NCBI RefSeq assembly: GCF_017305915.1
Contig: NZ_JAFKJN010000032.1
Location: 5,596-69,595, forward strand
From: Reyranella sp.
GTDB taxonomy: Bacteria > Pseudomonadota > Alphaproteobacteria > Reyranellales > Reyranellaceae
Length of the DNA stretch: 64,000 nucleotides
Direction of reading: 5' to 3'
Shown: piece by piece, positions 16,625 through 27,286 of the stretch
Layout: each line of letters opens with the position of its first letter
How positions within the stretch are numbered: the first letter of the stretch is position 1
The notes under the pieces: generated by a model
What the model saw: the letters and a program-made list of their open reading frames with translations, nothing else
What the model was told of the DNA's origin: nothing
Databases searched by the model: none
Position numbers and translations under genes: made by a program

Positions 16625-18612
16625 TCCGGCTGGCGCGACTCGCCCTCCTGGCGCTGCTCGCAGGCGCCGGCGGGGAAGTCTGCGCCCAATCGTTGCCCGG
16701 GGCGCTGCCCGCGACCGAGGCGGCGCTGCGGCGGGGCGAATGGCCGGTCTATGGCGGCAGCAACGGTGCGCTGCGCTGGTCGCCCCTGGATTCGATCGAC
16801 AAGACCAATGCCGCGAAGCTTCAGGTGGTCTGGCGTTGGCGCTCTGCGGATCACGGCGTGCGCGAGCAAAAGCCTGGCATCGCCGCGAGCTTCACCAACG
16901 AATCGACGCCGATCATGGTCGGCGGCACGCTCTATGTGAGCACGTCGATGAGTCAGGTCGCGTCGCTCGACGCGGCGACCGGCAAGACCAGGTGGGTCTA
17001 CGATCCGCGAACCTACGAGAACACCGTCCATCCGGCGAACAACGGCTGGGCCAACATGGGCGTGGCCTACTGGAAGGGCGGCGACGACGAACGCGTCTTC
17101 GTCCTGACCGCCGACGCCTACCTGCTGGCGCTCGATGCCCGCACCGGCCAGCCGGCCGCGGGCTTCGGCGACAACGGCCGGGTCGACCTGACGCAAGGCC
17201 TGCACCGTCCGTTCCCGCGCGGCGACTACACCAACCAGGCGCCGCCGCTGGTCGTGGGTGACGTCGTGGTGGCGGGCTCCTCGATCTGGGACTTCTGGGG
17301 CAAGCATCCGCCGGCGCCGGGCGACGTGCGCGGCTTCGACGCGCGCACCGGCAAGACGCTGTGGACCTTCCACACCATTCCCCAGGCTGGCGAGCCGGGC
17401 GTCGAGACCTGGCAGAACGAGTCCTGGCGCGACACCGGCAACGCCAACGTCTGGGCGCCGATGAGCGCCGACGACCAACTCGGCACGGTCTACCTGCCCG
17501 TCAGCACGCCGTCGAACGACTACTATGGCGGCCACCGTCCGGGCGATGGGCTGTACGGCGACAGCCTGGTCTGCCTCGACGCGAAGACCGGCCGCAAAGT
17601 CTGGCATTTCCAGACGGTGCATCACGGTCTGTGGGACTACGACCTGCCGGCGGCGCCGACCCTGCTCGACATCACGGTCGACGGCCGGCCGATCAAGGCG
17701 GTGGCGCAAGTCACCAAGCAGAACTTCCTGTTCGTGTTCGACCGCGCCACCGGCACGCCGGTGTGGCCGATCGAGGAGCGCCCGGTGCCGCCGTCGACAG
17801 TCGAAGGCGAGCACGCGTCGCCGACGCAGCCCTTCCCGACCAGGCCGGCACCCATCGACTTCCAGGGCATCGGCGAGCAAGACCTGATCGACTTCACGCC
17901 CGAGCTGCGTGCCGGGGCAAAGGAGATCTTGAACCGTTACGACTACGGCCCGCTCTACACGCCGCCCACCCTGCGCGGCACGGCGACCAACCCCAGCGTC
18001 GCCGGCGGCGGCAACTGGCAGGGCGCGGCGGTCGATCCCGAAAGCGGCATGCTCTACGTCGAGACGCAGCGCAATCCGTTCGTCGTGACCTTGCGCCGGC
18101 CGATGCCCTACGAGCAGCCCTACGCGCTGATCGGCAGTTTCCGGCCGCTGTCCGGGCCGAAGGGCCTGCCGATCCTCAAGCCGCCTTATGCCAGCCTGCT
18201 GGCGATCGACATGAACGCCGGCGAGCATCGCTGGCGGGTGCCGCTCGGCCGCGGCCCGGTCGACGATCCGGCCTTGCGCGCGGCCGGCGTGCGCGGCCCC
18301 CTGGGCAATCCCTACACGCGCGGCTGGGCGCTGGTGACCAGATCGCTGCTCTTCGCCGTGCAGTCGGGCCGCTTCGTCAATCCGCGGCCGGGTCCCGATC
18401 GCGGGCGTCCTGTGTTGGAGATCCAGCAGCGCGACACCAACCTCTGGGTCTACGACAAGGCGACCGGCGCCCTGCTGGCCGAGATCCCGGTCGGCAACAA
18501 TGCCGGCGGCGCGCCGATCACCTATCTCGCAGACGACCGGCAGTTCATCGTCTTCCCGGTCGGCGGCGGCATCGGCACCGCCGAGGAGCTGGTCGCGGTG
18601 GCGCTGCCGTGA
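16621..18612 (+). CDS. periplasmic PQQ-dependent dehydrogenase (glucose/quinate-type beta-propeller without membrane anchor)
   Basis: Signal peptide LIRLARLALLALLAGAGGEVCAQ. Propeller W-motifs (LQVVWRWRS, GKTRWVYDP, GKTLWTFHT, GRKVWHFQTVHHGLWDYD, EHRWRVPLG). The first plausible in-frame start is TTG 16621, which overlaps the SDR stop (TTGA). Confidence 0.8.
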   Translation: MIRLARLALLALLAGAGGEVCAQSLPGALPATEAALRRGEWPVYGGSNGALRWSPLDSIDKTNAAKLQVVWRWRSADHGVREQKPGIAASFTNESTPIMVGGTLYVSTSMSQVASLDAATGKTRWVYDPRTYENTVHPANNGWANMGVAYWKGGDDERVFVLTADAYLLALDARTGQPAAGFGDNGRVDLTQGLHRPFPRGDYTNQAPPLVVGDVVVAGSSIWDFWGKHPPAPGDVRGFDARTGKTLWTFHTIPQAGEPGVETWQNESWRDTGNANVWAPMSADDQLGTVYLPVSTPSNDYYGGHRPGDGLYGDSLVCLDAKTGRKVWHFQTVHHGLWDYDLPAAPTLLDITVDGRPIKAVAQVTKQNFLFVFDRATGTPVWPIEERPVPPSTVEGEHASPTQPFPTRPAPIDFQGIGEQDLIDFTPELRAGAKEILNRYDYGPLYTPPTLRGTATNPSVAGGGNWQGAAVDPESGMLYVETQRNPFVVTLRRPMPYEQPYALIGSFRPLSGPKGLPILKPPYASLLAIDMNAGEHRWRVPLGRGPVDDPALRAAGVRGPLGNPYTRGWALVTRSLLFAVQSGRFVNPRPGPDRGRPVLEIQQRDTNLWVYDKATGALLAEIPVGNNAGGAPITYLADDRQFIVFPVGGGIGTAEELVAVALP

Positions 18613-19565
18613 TCGCGCGCCGGACCATGCTGGTCGCGCTCGCACTGCTGCCGTTGCCGGCGCGCGCCAGCTATCCCGAGTACCGCCTGCCCGACGACGT
18701 CGTGGCCCGCCGCGTGACCTTTCTCAGCGAGGGCACGCCCCTGGTCGGCCACCTCGTGCAAACCAAGGCAAGGCTGGGCCAGCGCCTGCCGACCGTCATC
18801 CTGTGCCAGGGCACGGGCGGGCTGCAGCACTACCACCTCGCGCAGGCGGTCACCTTCGCGCGCGCGGGCTACACCGTCATGACCTTCGACTATCGCGGCT
18901 GGGGAGAGAGTCGCGGCCGGCTGATGCCGGTCGACCGGACGGCGCCGCCGCGCCGCGACGGCCAGCCGGCAGCCGTCCAGGCGATCGAGGTGCGCGAGAC
19001 GGTCGATCCGGTGGAGCAGACGCTCGACGTGCTGGCGGTGATCGCCTTCGCGGTCGGCGAGCCCGAGGTCGATGCCAGCCGGCTCGGCCTGTGGGGCACC
19101 AGCCTCGGCGCGGGCATCGCAGTGTCGGCAATGCTGCTGGATATGCGCGTTAAGGCAGTGGTGGCGCAGGTCGGCGCCTACGACCTGCGCCGCGGCGGCG
19201 CCGGCCTCGACGAGGACCGCGCGCAGGCGACGAAGCGCGCGCACGGCGATCGGCCCTATCCGCCGCCGCAACCGCGGATCGCGGGCCAGCTGCATGGCCA
19301 CATGATCCGCGAGCACTACCAGATCTTCGCGCCGATCGAGGAGCTGGGCCGGCGGCCCCATCCGGCGGCGATGTTGATCATCGATGCCGCCAACGACGAG
19401 CTGATCGACATCCGCCAGCACGGCCAGCGCCTGTACGAGCGCTTGACCGGCCCCAAGCAGCGCGTCGTGCTGCCGGGCATCCGGCACTACGACATCTATC
19501 GCGGCGAGCCGCTGGAGCAGGCCCGGAAGCTGGCGGTCGATTGGTACGACGCCCAGCTCAAATAG
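18609..19565 (+). CDS. secreted alpha/beta hydrolase (dienelactone hydrolase / S15-like)
   Basis: Signal peptide (V)IARRTMLVALALLPLPARA. FDYRGWGESRG, nucleophile LWGTSLGAG and GIRHYDIY motifs. GTG 18609 overlaps the PQQ gene stop (GTGA). Alternative ATG at 18627. Confidence 0.8.
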   Translation: MIARRTMLVALALLPLPARASYPEYRLPDDVVARRVTFLSEGTPLVGHLVQTKARLGQRLPTVILCQGTGGLQHYHLAQAVTFARAGYTVMTFDYRGWGESRGRLMPVDRTAPPRRDGQPAAVQAIEVRETVDPVEQTLDVLAVIAFAVGEPEVDASRLGLWGTSLGAGIAVSAMLLDMRVKAVVAQVGAYDLRRGGAGLDEDRAQATKRAHGDRPYPPPQPRIAGQLHGHMIREHYQIFAPIEELGRRPHPAAMLIIDAANDELIDIRQHGQRLYERLTGPKQRVVLPGIRHYDIYRGEPLEQARKLAVDWYDAQLK

Positions 19566-19625
19566 AAACCGCGCGGCACTGGAGGGGCATCCAGCGCCGC
19601 GCGGCTCCCGGTTCTGGAGGAGGCG

Positions 19626-20306
19626 TCAGAACCGGTAGTTGAAGCCCACGCGCACGAGGTTGCCGATCGAGCGCTCGTCGACACTGGTCGAGGCCGGCGT
19701 CGACAGGGACGTGTCCGGCGTGCCGATCCACAGATACTCGAGCTTGGCCGACCAGCGCTCGTTCAGCTTGCCTTCGACGCCCCCGCCGAAGGTGTAGGTC
19801 CAGAAGTTGCGCGAGTTGTCGAACGAGCCGAACTGCGAGTCGAAGCCCGACAGCCGCTGCTGGCCCCACACCGCGCCGCCGGTGACGTAGGGCATTACCG
19901 AGCCGACCGGATAGCCCACGCGGGCCCGGAAGGTCGCGAACCACGGCATGCTCTGGGTGGCGTTGATGAACGACGGCCCGGCGCCGCCGGTGACGCCGCC
20001 GGTCATGGTCGAGCCCTGGAAGTCGATTTCGCCGCCCAGCAGGACGGGGCCGAGCAGGTAGTTGTAGCCGGCCTGGGCGCCGCCCACGAACCCGCTGCTG
20101 GTGCCGTTGAAGCCGCCGCCGGTGTTGTTCTCGACGATCGAGGCCGAGGGCGTGCTCCACATGCCGCCGGCATTGAGGCCGGCGTAGAAGCCGTCCCATT
20201 GGTTGTTGCCCTGGGCGTGCGCCGCGAACGGCAAGGCCGTCGTCGCCGCAAGGACCGCCGCCGATGACACAATAGTGGCGACGATCGAGTTACGCTTCGT
20301 TTTCAT
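19626..20306 (-). CDS. outer-membrane beta-barrel protein (Omp25/OmpA-like porin family)
   Basis: Signal peptide ...ALPFAAHAQG, WDGFYAGLNAGG first strand, alternating beta-strand pattern, terminal NLVRVGFNYRF (C-terminal Phe). ATG 20306 (MKTKRNS). Confidence 0.9.
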   Translation of the reverse strand: MKTKRNSIVATIVSSAAVLAATTALPFAAHAQGNNQWDGFYAGLNAGGMWSTPSASIVENNTGGGFNGTSSGFVGGAQAGYNYLLGPVLLGGEIDFQGSTMTGGVTGGAGPSFINATQSMPWFATFRARVGYPVGSVMPYVTGGAVWGQQRLSGFDSQFGSFDNSRNFWTYTFGGGVEGKLNERWSAKLEYLWIGTPDTSLSTPASTSVDERSIGNLVRVGFNYRF

Positions 20307-20553
20307 CTTTGACACTCCACGCATTGAAGAGGGGACGTCGGTGGGTGCGAGGAGTGAGCCGCCCAAACGCGGCGCTCGCGCGGCATCACTGAGGAGGTGG
20401 CGTGACCGGCATTTGCAGTGTCACTCCTGCATCAGTCAGGTCGCCAGTACCAAGGCGCGTGTATTGGATGTGAGACGACAACCAGAGATTGCTTGATCCG
20501 AATCGATCCACAGTGCAGCACTGCTGTCGCGACGCTACGGTGCCCCACAATCC

Positions 20554-22374
<1,821 letters not shown>

Positions 22375-22430
22375 TCGGCCGATAGCGGCCGTCGCGACCG
22401 AGACTAGAGCAACAACAACGCCGTGCGCGC

Positions 22431-22476
22431 ATTTCCGGGCAGATGGAACCGCTCGCGGTTCCATCTGCCCGGAAAT
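22431..22476. terminator. 20-bp perfect-stem hairpin between convergent recQ and MscS genes (candidate bidirectional terminator)
   Basis: atttccgggcagatggaacc-gctcgc-ggttccatctgcccggaaat. No flanking U-tract on either strand. Confidence 0.5.
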
Positions 22477-22480
22477 CGCT

Positions 22481-23287
22481 CTAGTCGGCGGCGCGCGCCT
22501 CCTCGCGCTGCGGGGCGCGGCGCTGGAATTCCTCCTTCACCGCGCGATTGAGGTCGAAGCGGACCTGCATGGCCTGCGGCCGCGCCACCCAGGCGCGGAT
22601 GACCAGCACGTAGTTGCCGTCGTTCACCGTGTCGACGCCGATCTGCGCCACCCGCTCGATGCGCCTGTCCTTGTCGACCAGCTCCTGCGCGCGGGCGATT
22701 GCGGTCTCGAGGTCGTCGCTGGCCGGTCGGGTGAACTTGAGCTCGACCCGCTCGGTATCGTTGCGCGACGGCACCTTGACGATCTCGCCCCACAGCTTGC
22801 CGTTGGGGAAGATCACCCGCACGTTGTCGTCGGTGTCGAGCTCGCTGTAGAACAGGTTGATCTCGCGCACCGTGCCGACGATGCCGCCCGCCTCGATGCG
22901 GTCGCCGATATGGAACGGCCGGAACAGCACCAGCATGATGCCGGCGGAGAGGCTGCTGAGCGTGCCCTGCAGCGCCAGGCCGACGGCGATGCCGAGCGCG
23001 CCGATGACCGCGACGAAGCTGGTCGTGGCGACGCCGAAGGTCGACAGCACCGCGCTGAAGGTGAGGATGAGGACGAGATAGCGCGCCGCGTTGGCCAGGA
23101 AGAGCGTGACCGTACGGTCGATCCGCTGGGTGCGTGCCAGCAGCCGCTCGACGGCGTTGTACAGCAGCCGCGACGCCATCCAGCCGGCGGCCAGGATGAC
23201 GATCGCGCCGACGACGCGCAGGCCATAGGTGGTGATCAACGCCACCAGGGTATTGGCGGCGTTGGTCCACTGTTCTTCGAAATGCAT
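22481..23287 (-). CDS. mechanosensitive ion channel (MscS family) protein
   Basis: Three N-terminal TM helices, then the MscS beta-domain (PFHIGDRIEAGGIVGTVREINLFYSEL...IFPNGKL). Confidence 0.9.
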   Translation of the reverse strand: MHFEEQWTNAANTLVALITTYGLRVVGAIVILAAGWMASRLLYNAVERLLARTQRIDRTVTLFLANAARYLVLILTFSAVLSTFGVATTSFVAVIGALGIAVGLALQGTLSSLSAGIMLVLFRPFHIGDRIEAGGIVGTVREINLFYSELDTDDNVRVIFPNGKLWGEIVKVPSRNDTERVELKFTRPASDDLETAIARAQELVDKDRRIERVAQIGVDTVNDGNYVLVIRAWVARPQAMQVRFDLNRAVKEEFQRRAPQREEARAAD

Positions 23288-23309
23288 CGACTAGATCAAC
23301 GCCCCAAGG

Positions 23310-23642
23310 TCAGTTCCAGTGACCCTCGACATAGACCCAGCCGCGCGGGCGCTGTTCCCAGCGGCCCGGCATCCACTCGGCGCGCGGCCGCGGACGGGCC
23401 ATGTAGCGGCCCTCGACCCAGACGTGCTCATGGCCGTTCCAGCGCCAGTAGCCGGGCTGCCAGCGCTCGACCTCGACGCGTTCCGGCGGCAGGGTCGGCA
23501 CCACCTCGACCCGCGGGGGCGGCGGCGCGGCGGGGATGTAGATCTCGGCCTGGAGCTGCGCCAGGGCGGGGGCGGCCACGACGGCGACGCCGGCCAGGAC
23601 GGTAAACCCGCCGATCAGGCGGCGGCGCGAGACGTTATTCAT
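23310..23642 (-). CDS. exported YXWGXW/WxxGxW-repeat small protein
   Basis: Twin-arginine-like signal MNNVSRRRLIGGFTVLAGVAVVAAPALA. Repeats WQPGYWRWNG, WVEGRY, WMPGRWE, WVYVEGHW. Confidence 0.75.
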   Translation of the reverse strand: MNNVSRRRLIGGFTVLAGVAVVAAPALAQLQAEIYIPAAPPPPRVEVVPTLPPERVEVERWQPGYWRWNGHEHVWVEGRYMARPRPRAEWMPGRWEQRPRGWVYVEGHWN

Positions 23643-23718
23643 TCAAATCCTCCGTGCGGGACACCGTTTGTAACGGTGACCCGCCGGAGCGGTTGCCGCG
23701 GGCTGTGGCGGAGTTGTG

Positions 23719-24936
23719 TCAGCCGTCGTTGGCGCGGATGAAGTCGCGGACCCGCGGCAGGATCTGCTCGCGCCACTTGCGGCCGTTGAAGATGCCGTAG
23801 TGGCCGACCCGCGGCTGCTCCCAATGCACATGGCGTGCGCCCGGGATGTTCGGGGTCAGGGCGTGCGCCGCCTTGGTCTGGCCGAGGCCGGAGATGTCGT
23901 CGAGCTCGCCCTCGACCGTCATCAGCGCGGTCTCGATGCGCGCCGGCTCGATCGGCCGACCGCGGCTCACCCAGACGCCGCGCGGCAGCTGGTGCTCCTT
24001 GAAGACGATCTCGATGGTCTGCAGGTAGAACTCGGCGGTGAGGTCCATCACCGCGAGATACTCGTCGTAGAACTTGCGATGCGCCTCTGCCGGATCGTCG
24101 TCGCCTTTGATCAGGTGCTCGAACTGGCGCAGGTGGGCGTTGACGTGCCGGTCGAAGTTCATGGTGATGAAGCTGGTGAGCTGCACGAAGCCCGGATAGA
24201 CGCGGCGCATCGCGCCCGGATAGGTGAGCGGCACCGTCGAGATCACGTTCTGGCGGAACCACATCATCGAGTTGCGCATCGCGAGATCGTTCGGGACGGT
24301 CGGGCTGATGCGGGTGTCGATCGGGCCGCCCATCAGGGTGAGCGAGCGCGGCTGGCGCGGATCGCGCGCTTGCGCCATCAGCGAGGCGGCGCCCAGCACC
24401 GGCACCGACGGCTGGCAGACCGCGATCACGTGCACGTCGGGCGCGAGGTAGCGGCAGAATTCGATGATGTAGTCGATGTAGTCGTCGAGATCGAAGTTGC
24501 CGTGCGCCAGCGGCACATCGCGCGCATCGATCCAGTCGGTGATGTAGACGTCGTGCTCGGGCAGCAGCGCCTCGACCGTGCCGCGCAGCAGGGTGGCGTA
24601 GTGGCCGCTCATCGGCGCCACCAGCAGCACCTTGGGATGGCGCTCGGTCGTGTCGCGACGGAAGTGGAGCAGCTGGCCGAACGGCTTGCGCAGCAGGATC
24701 TCCTCGTTGACCGCGACGGTCTTGCCGGCGACCTCGGTGGTCGCGAGGCCGAACGCCGGCTTGCCGTAGGTGCGCGTCAGCCGCGAGATGATCTCGGCGC
24801 CGGCCGCCATCGACTTGCCCCACCACGTGTCGGTCAGCGGGTTGTAGGGACTCGACGAGACACTCTCGAGCGCGTTGGCCCAGAGCCGAACGGGCTCGGC
24901 GAACTGACGCTGCAGCTCGTACGCGTGATACAACAT
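23719..24936 (-). CDS. phaZ: intracellular polyhydroxyalkanoate (PHB) depolymerase
   Basis: MLYHAYELQRQF start typical of PhaZ. VLLVAPMSGHYATLLR and VCQPSVPVL nucleophile region. ~405 aa. Confidence 0.9.
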   Translation of the reverse strand: MLYHAYELQRQFAEPVRLWANALESVSSSPYNPLTDTWWGKSMAAGAEIISRLTRTYGKPAFGLATTEVAGKTVAVNEEILLRKPFGQLLHFRRDTTERHPKVLLVAPMSGHYATLLRGTVEALLPEHDVYITDWIDARDVPLAHGNFDLDDYIDYIIEFCRYLAPDVHVIAVCQPSVPVLGAASLMAQARDPRQPRSLTLMGGPIDTRISPTVPNDLAMRNSMMWFRQNVISTVPLTYPGAMRRVYPGFVQLTSFITMNFDRHVNAHLRQFEHLIKGDDDPAEAHRKFYDEYLAVMDLTAEFYLQTIEIVFKEHQLPRGVWVSRGRPIEPARIETALMTVEGELDDISGLGQTKAAHALTPNIPGARHVHWEQPRVGHYGIFNGRKWREQILPRVRDFIRANDG

Positions 24937-25216
24937 ATTGGGCATTATCATGGCAGGCACACACTCGCAGGGGACCATTCAACGACGGGAGAGGACCATC
25001 GCTGCACTGCCACACAGAGGACGCAGGGGTTGCGTCCCGGGTGCCTGGGCGTCATCGGACAGCGCGCGCGAGCAGCGGCACGGGCCGAGCGCTCAACGTC
25101 TTGGGCAAACTTTCACTCCCCCGCCGACGCTGTCTTTTTGACGTCATTGTTCGCCGGCGCCCTTGGAGAGTCGGGTGTCCGACCTCTGGTGTCAAGATCG
25201 GTGCCTCCTGGCGAAA

Positions 25217-25795
25217 CTAAAGAAGTCGCTGGACAGCCTTCGCGATCGCCTCGGCCTTCGCTTCGTGCGTGAAGTGGGTGACGAAGCGGCCGTTGCGGTC
25301 GAGCACGTAGACGATCGAGGAATGGTCCATCAGGTACGGATCGCCGTCCTTGCCGGGCCGCTTCTGGTAGTAGACGCGATAAGCGCGCGCGGCCTGCGCG
25401 ATCTGCTCCGGCGTGCCGGTGAGGCCGATGAAGCTCGGGCTGAAATTCTCGACATAACCCTTGATCAGCTCGGGCGTGTCGCGCTCGGGATCGATGGTGA
25501 TGAACACCAGGTTCACCTTCTTGGGCACATCGGGGCCGAGCTGCTCGATCGCCGTCTCCATCAGCAGCAGCGAGGTCGGGCAGACGTCGGGGCAGAAGGC
25601 GTAGCCGAAATAGATCAGCGTCGGCTTGCCCTTGAGCCTGTCGCTCGAGAAGGGCTTGCCGTTCTGGTCGACGAGGGCGAATGGCCCGCCGAGGCTGGGC
25701 TGCTTGCCCTGCCAGGCATCCCAGCCGATCCAGCCGGCGGCGCCGACCAGAACGGCGATCCAGACGGCGAGCAGGGCTTTCATGGTGCGCGACAT
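25217..25795 (-). CDS. SCO/SenC family copper chaperone (thioredoxin fold)
   Basis: N-terminal membrane anchor. LIYFGYAFCPDVCPT CxxxC motif. Conserved His in YLMDHSSIVYVLD. Start is ATG 25795 or 25783. Confidence 0.9.
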   Translation of the reverse strand: MSRTMKALLAVWIAVLVGAAGWIGWDAWQGKQPSLGGPFALVDQNGKPFSSDRLKGKPTLIYFGYAFCPDVCPTSLLLMETAIEQLGPDVPKKVNLVFITIDPERDTPELIKGYVENFSPSFIGLTGTPEQIAQAARAYRVYYQKRPGKDGDPYLMDHSSIVYVLDRNGRFVTHFTHEAKAEAIAKAVQRLL

Positions 25796-25877
25796 GGGCG
25801 GAATTTGAGGCCGCGCCGCGCTCTCGACAAGCCGGACCGCAGGTCGCACAACAGGAGTTGAAGCACTGGGAGTGTGA

Positions 25878-26513
25878 ATGTTCTACGATGCCGCCAAGCG
25901 AGACCACGGCCTCGCGCAGGATCCGCTGAAGTCGCTGATCGTGCCGCGGCCGATCGGCTGGATCTCGACGATCGACGGCCAGGGCCGGGTCAACCTGGCG
26001 CCCTACAGCTTCTACAACGCCGTCAGCGAATTCCCGCCGATGGTCTACTTTGCCATCACCGGTCGCTACGGCGACACCCCGACCAAGCACAGCCGCATGA
26101 ACGCCGAGGAGACCGGCGAGTTCGTGGTCAACATGGTGGCCGGCACGCTCACCGAGAGGATGAACATCACCACCTCGATGGTGGCCTACGGCATCGACGA
26201 GATGAAGCTCGCCGGCCTCACGCCCGCGCCGTGCAAGTACGTGAAGCCGCCGCGCGTGGCCGAATCGCCGGTGGCGCTGGAGTGCAAATACTGGAAGACG
26301 CTCGAGATCCCGGTCGAGCCGGGCCACGAGAACCACAGCGCTTCGGTGGTGTTCGGCCAGGTGGTCGGCGTGCACATCGACGACAGCATCCTGAAGGACG
26401 GCCGGGTCGACGTGATGGCGTTCCGTCCGGTCGCACGGCTGGGCTACAGCGAATACACCACGACCGAGAACGTCTGGAAGATGCGCCGTCCCGACGATCC
26501 GAAGTACCAGTAG
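25878..26513 (+). CDS. flavin reductase family protein
   Basis: LIVPRPIGWISTIDGQGRVNLAPYSFYNAVS FMN-binding split-barrel signature. Confidence 0.85.
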   Translation: MFYDAAKRDHGLAQDPLKSLIVPRPIGWISTIDGQGRVNLAPYSFYNAVSEFPPMVYFAITGRYGDTPTKHSRMNAEETGEFVVNMVAGTLTERMNITTSMVAYGIDEMKLAGLTPAPCKYVKPPRVAESPVALECKYWKTLEIPVEPGHENHSASVVFGQVVGVHIDDSILKDGRVDVMAFRPVARLGYSEYTTTENVWKMRRPDDPKYQ

Positions 26514-26514
26514 G

Positions 26515-27264
26515 TTAGCCCGACGCCAGCAACCAGGCGCCGTAGCCCGTCAGCAGCACGCCGCCGATCCGGCCGGCCCAGGTCCCCGACGACAGCTTCT
26601 CGAGCAGGACGACGATGGCGAGACCGGCGACCCAGACCAGGTTCATCACGCCGACCGCGAACAGCAGCAGCATCAGGACCCAGCAGCAGCCCAGGCAATA
26701 GAGGCCGTGCGTCACGCCCATGCGCAGCGCGCCACCCGGGCCGTCGCGCCAGTGGTTGACGACGAAGTCGAGCGGTGAGCGGCAGAGGCGCAGGCAGGAG
26801 AGCTTCACCGGCGTGAACTGATAGAGGCCGGCCAACACGAACAGCAGGCCGCCGAGCTGCCGGCTGTCGATCGTCATGTCCATCGCGGAGAGCAAGGCGC
26901 CGCGTTCGAGCGCCCATTGCGCCAGCGTGGCCGCGACGCTGAAGCCTCCCCAGGCCAGCAGATAGCCCGCGGCGAACAGGGCCGCGGGCACATAGGGCTG
27001 TTGGCGCGCGCGCCGTTGCCGGTTGACGGTGGCGAAGGTCAGGATCATCGGCGCGACGCCCGGCAACATCATGCCGACCATCATCACCCACCACATCGCG
27101 AACAGCAGGCTGAGCTCGACCGCGCTCTTGGGCGGCATCACCATCGTGCGGTCCATGCCCGCCATCGCGGTCGTCATGTCGGCCGCTGCGATGAAGAGGT
27201 AGATCCACGCCAGCCCGGCGACGCCTGCCAGCGCCGCGACGATCACGACGCGCTGGCGCCGCAT
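26515..27264 (-). CDS. DUF2182-type predicted metal-binding integral membrane protein
   Basis: Six to seven TM helices. Conserved MWWVMMVGMMLP and CLRLCRSPL / CLGCCW cysteine patches typical of DUF2182. Paired with DUF1326 upstream. Confidence 0.75.
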   Translation of the reverse strand: MRRQRVVIVAALAGVAGLAWIYLFIAAADMTTAMAGMDRTMVMPPKSAVELSLLFAMWWVMMVGMMLPGVAPMILTFATVNRQRRARQQPYVPAALFAAGYLLAWGGFSVAATLAQWALERGALLSAMDMTIDSRQLGGLLFVLAGLYQFTPVKLSCLRLCRSPLDFVVNHWRDGPGGALRMGVTHGLYCLGCCWVLMLLLFAVGVMNLVWVAGLAIVVLLEKLSSGTWAGRIGGVLLTGYGAWLLASG

Positions 27265-27286
27265 CAGGTCCAATCAGGCGGCCCTC

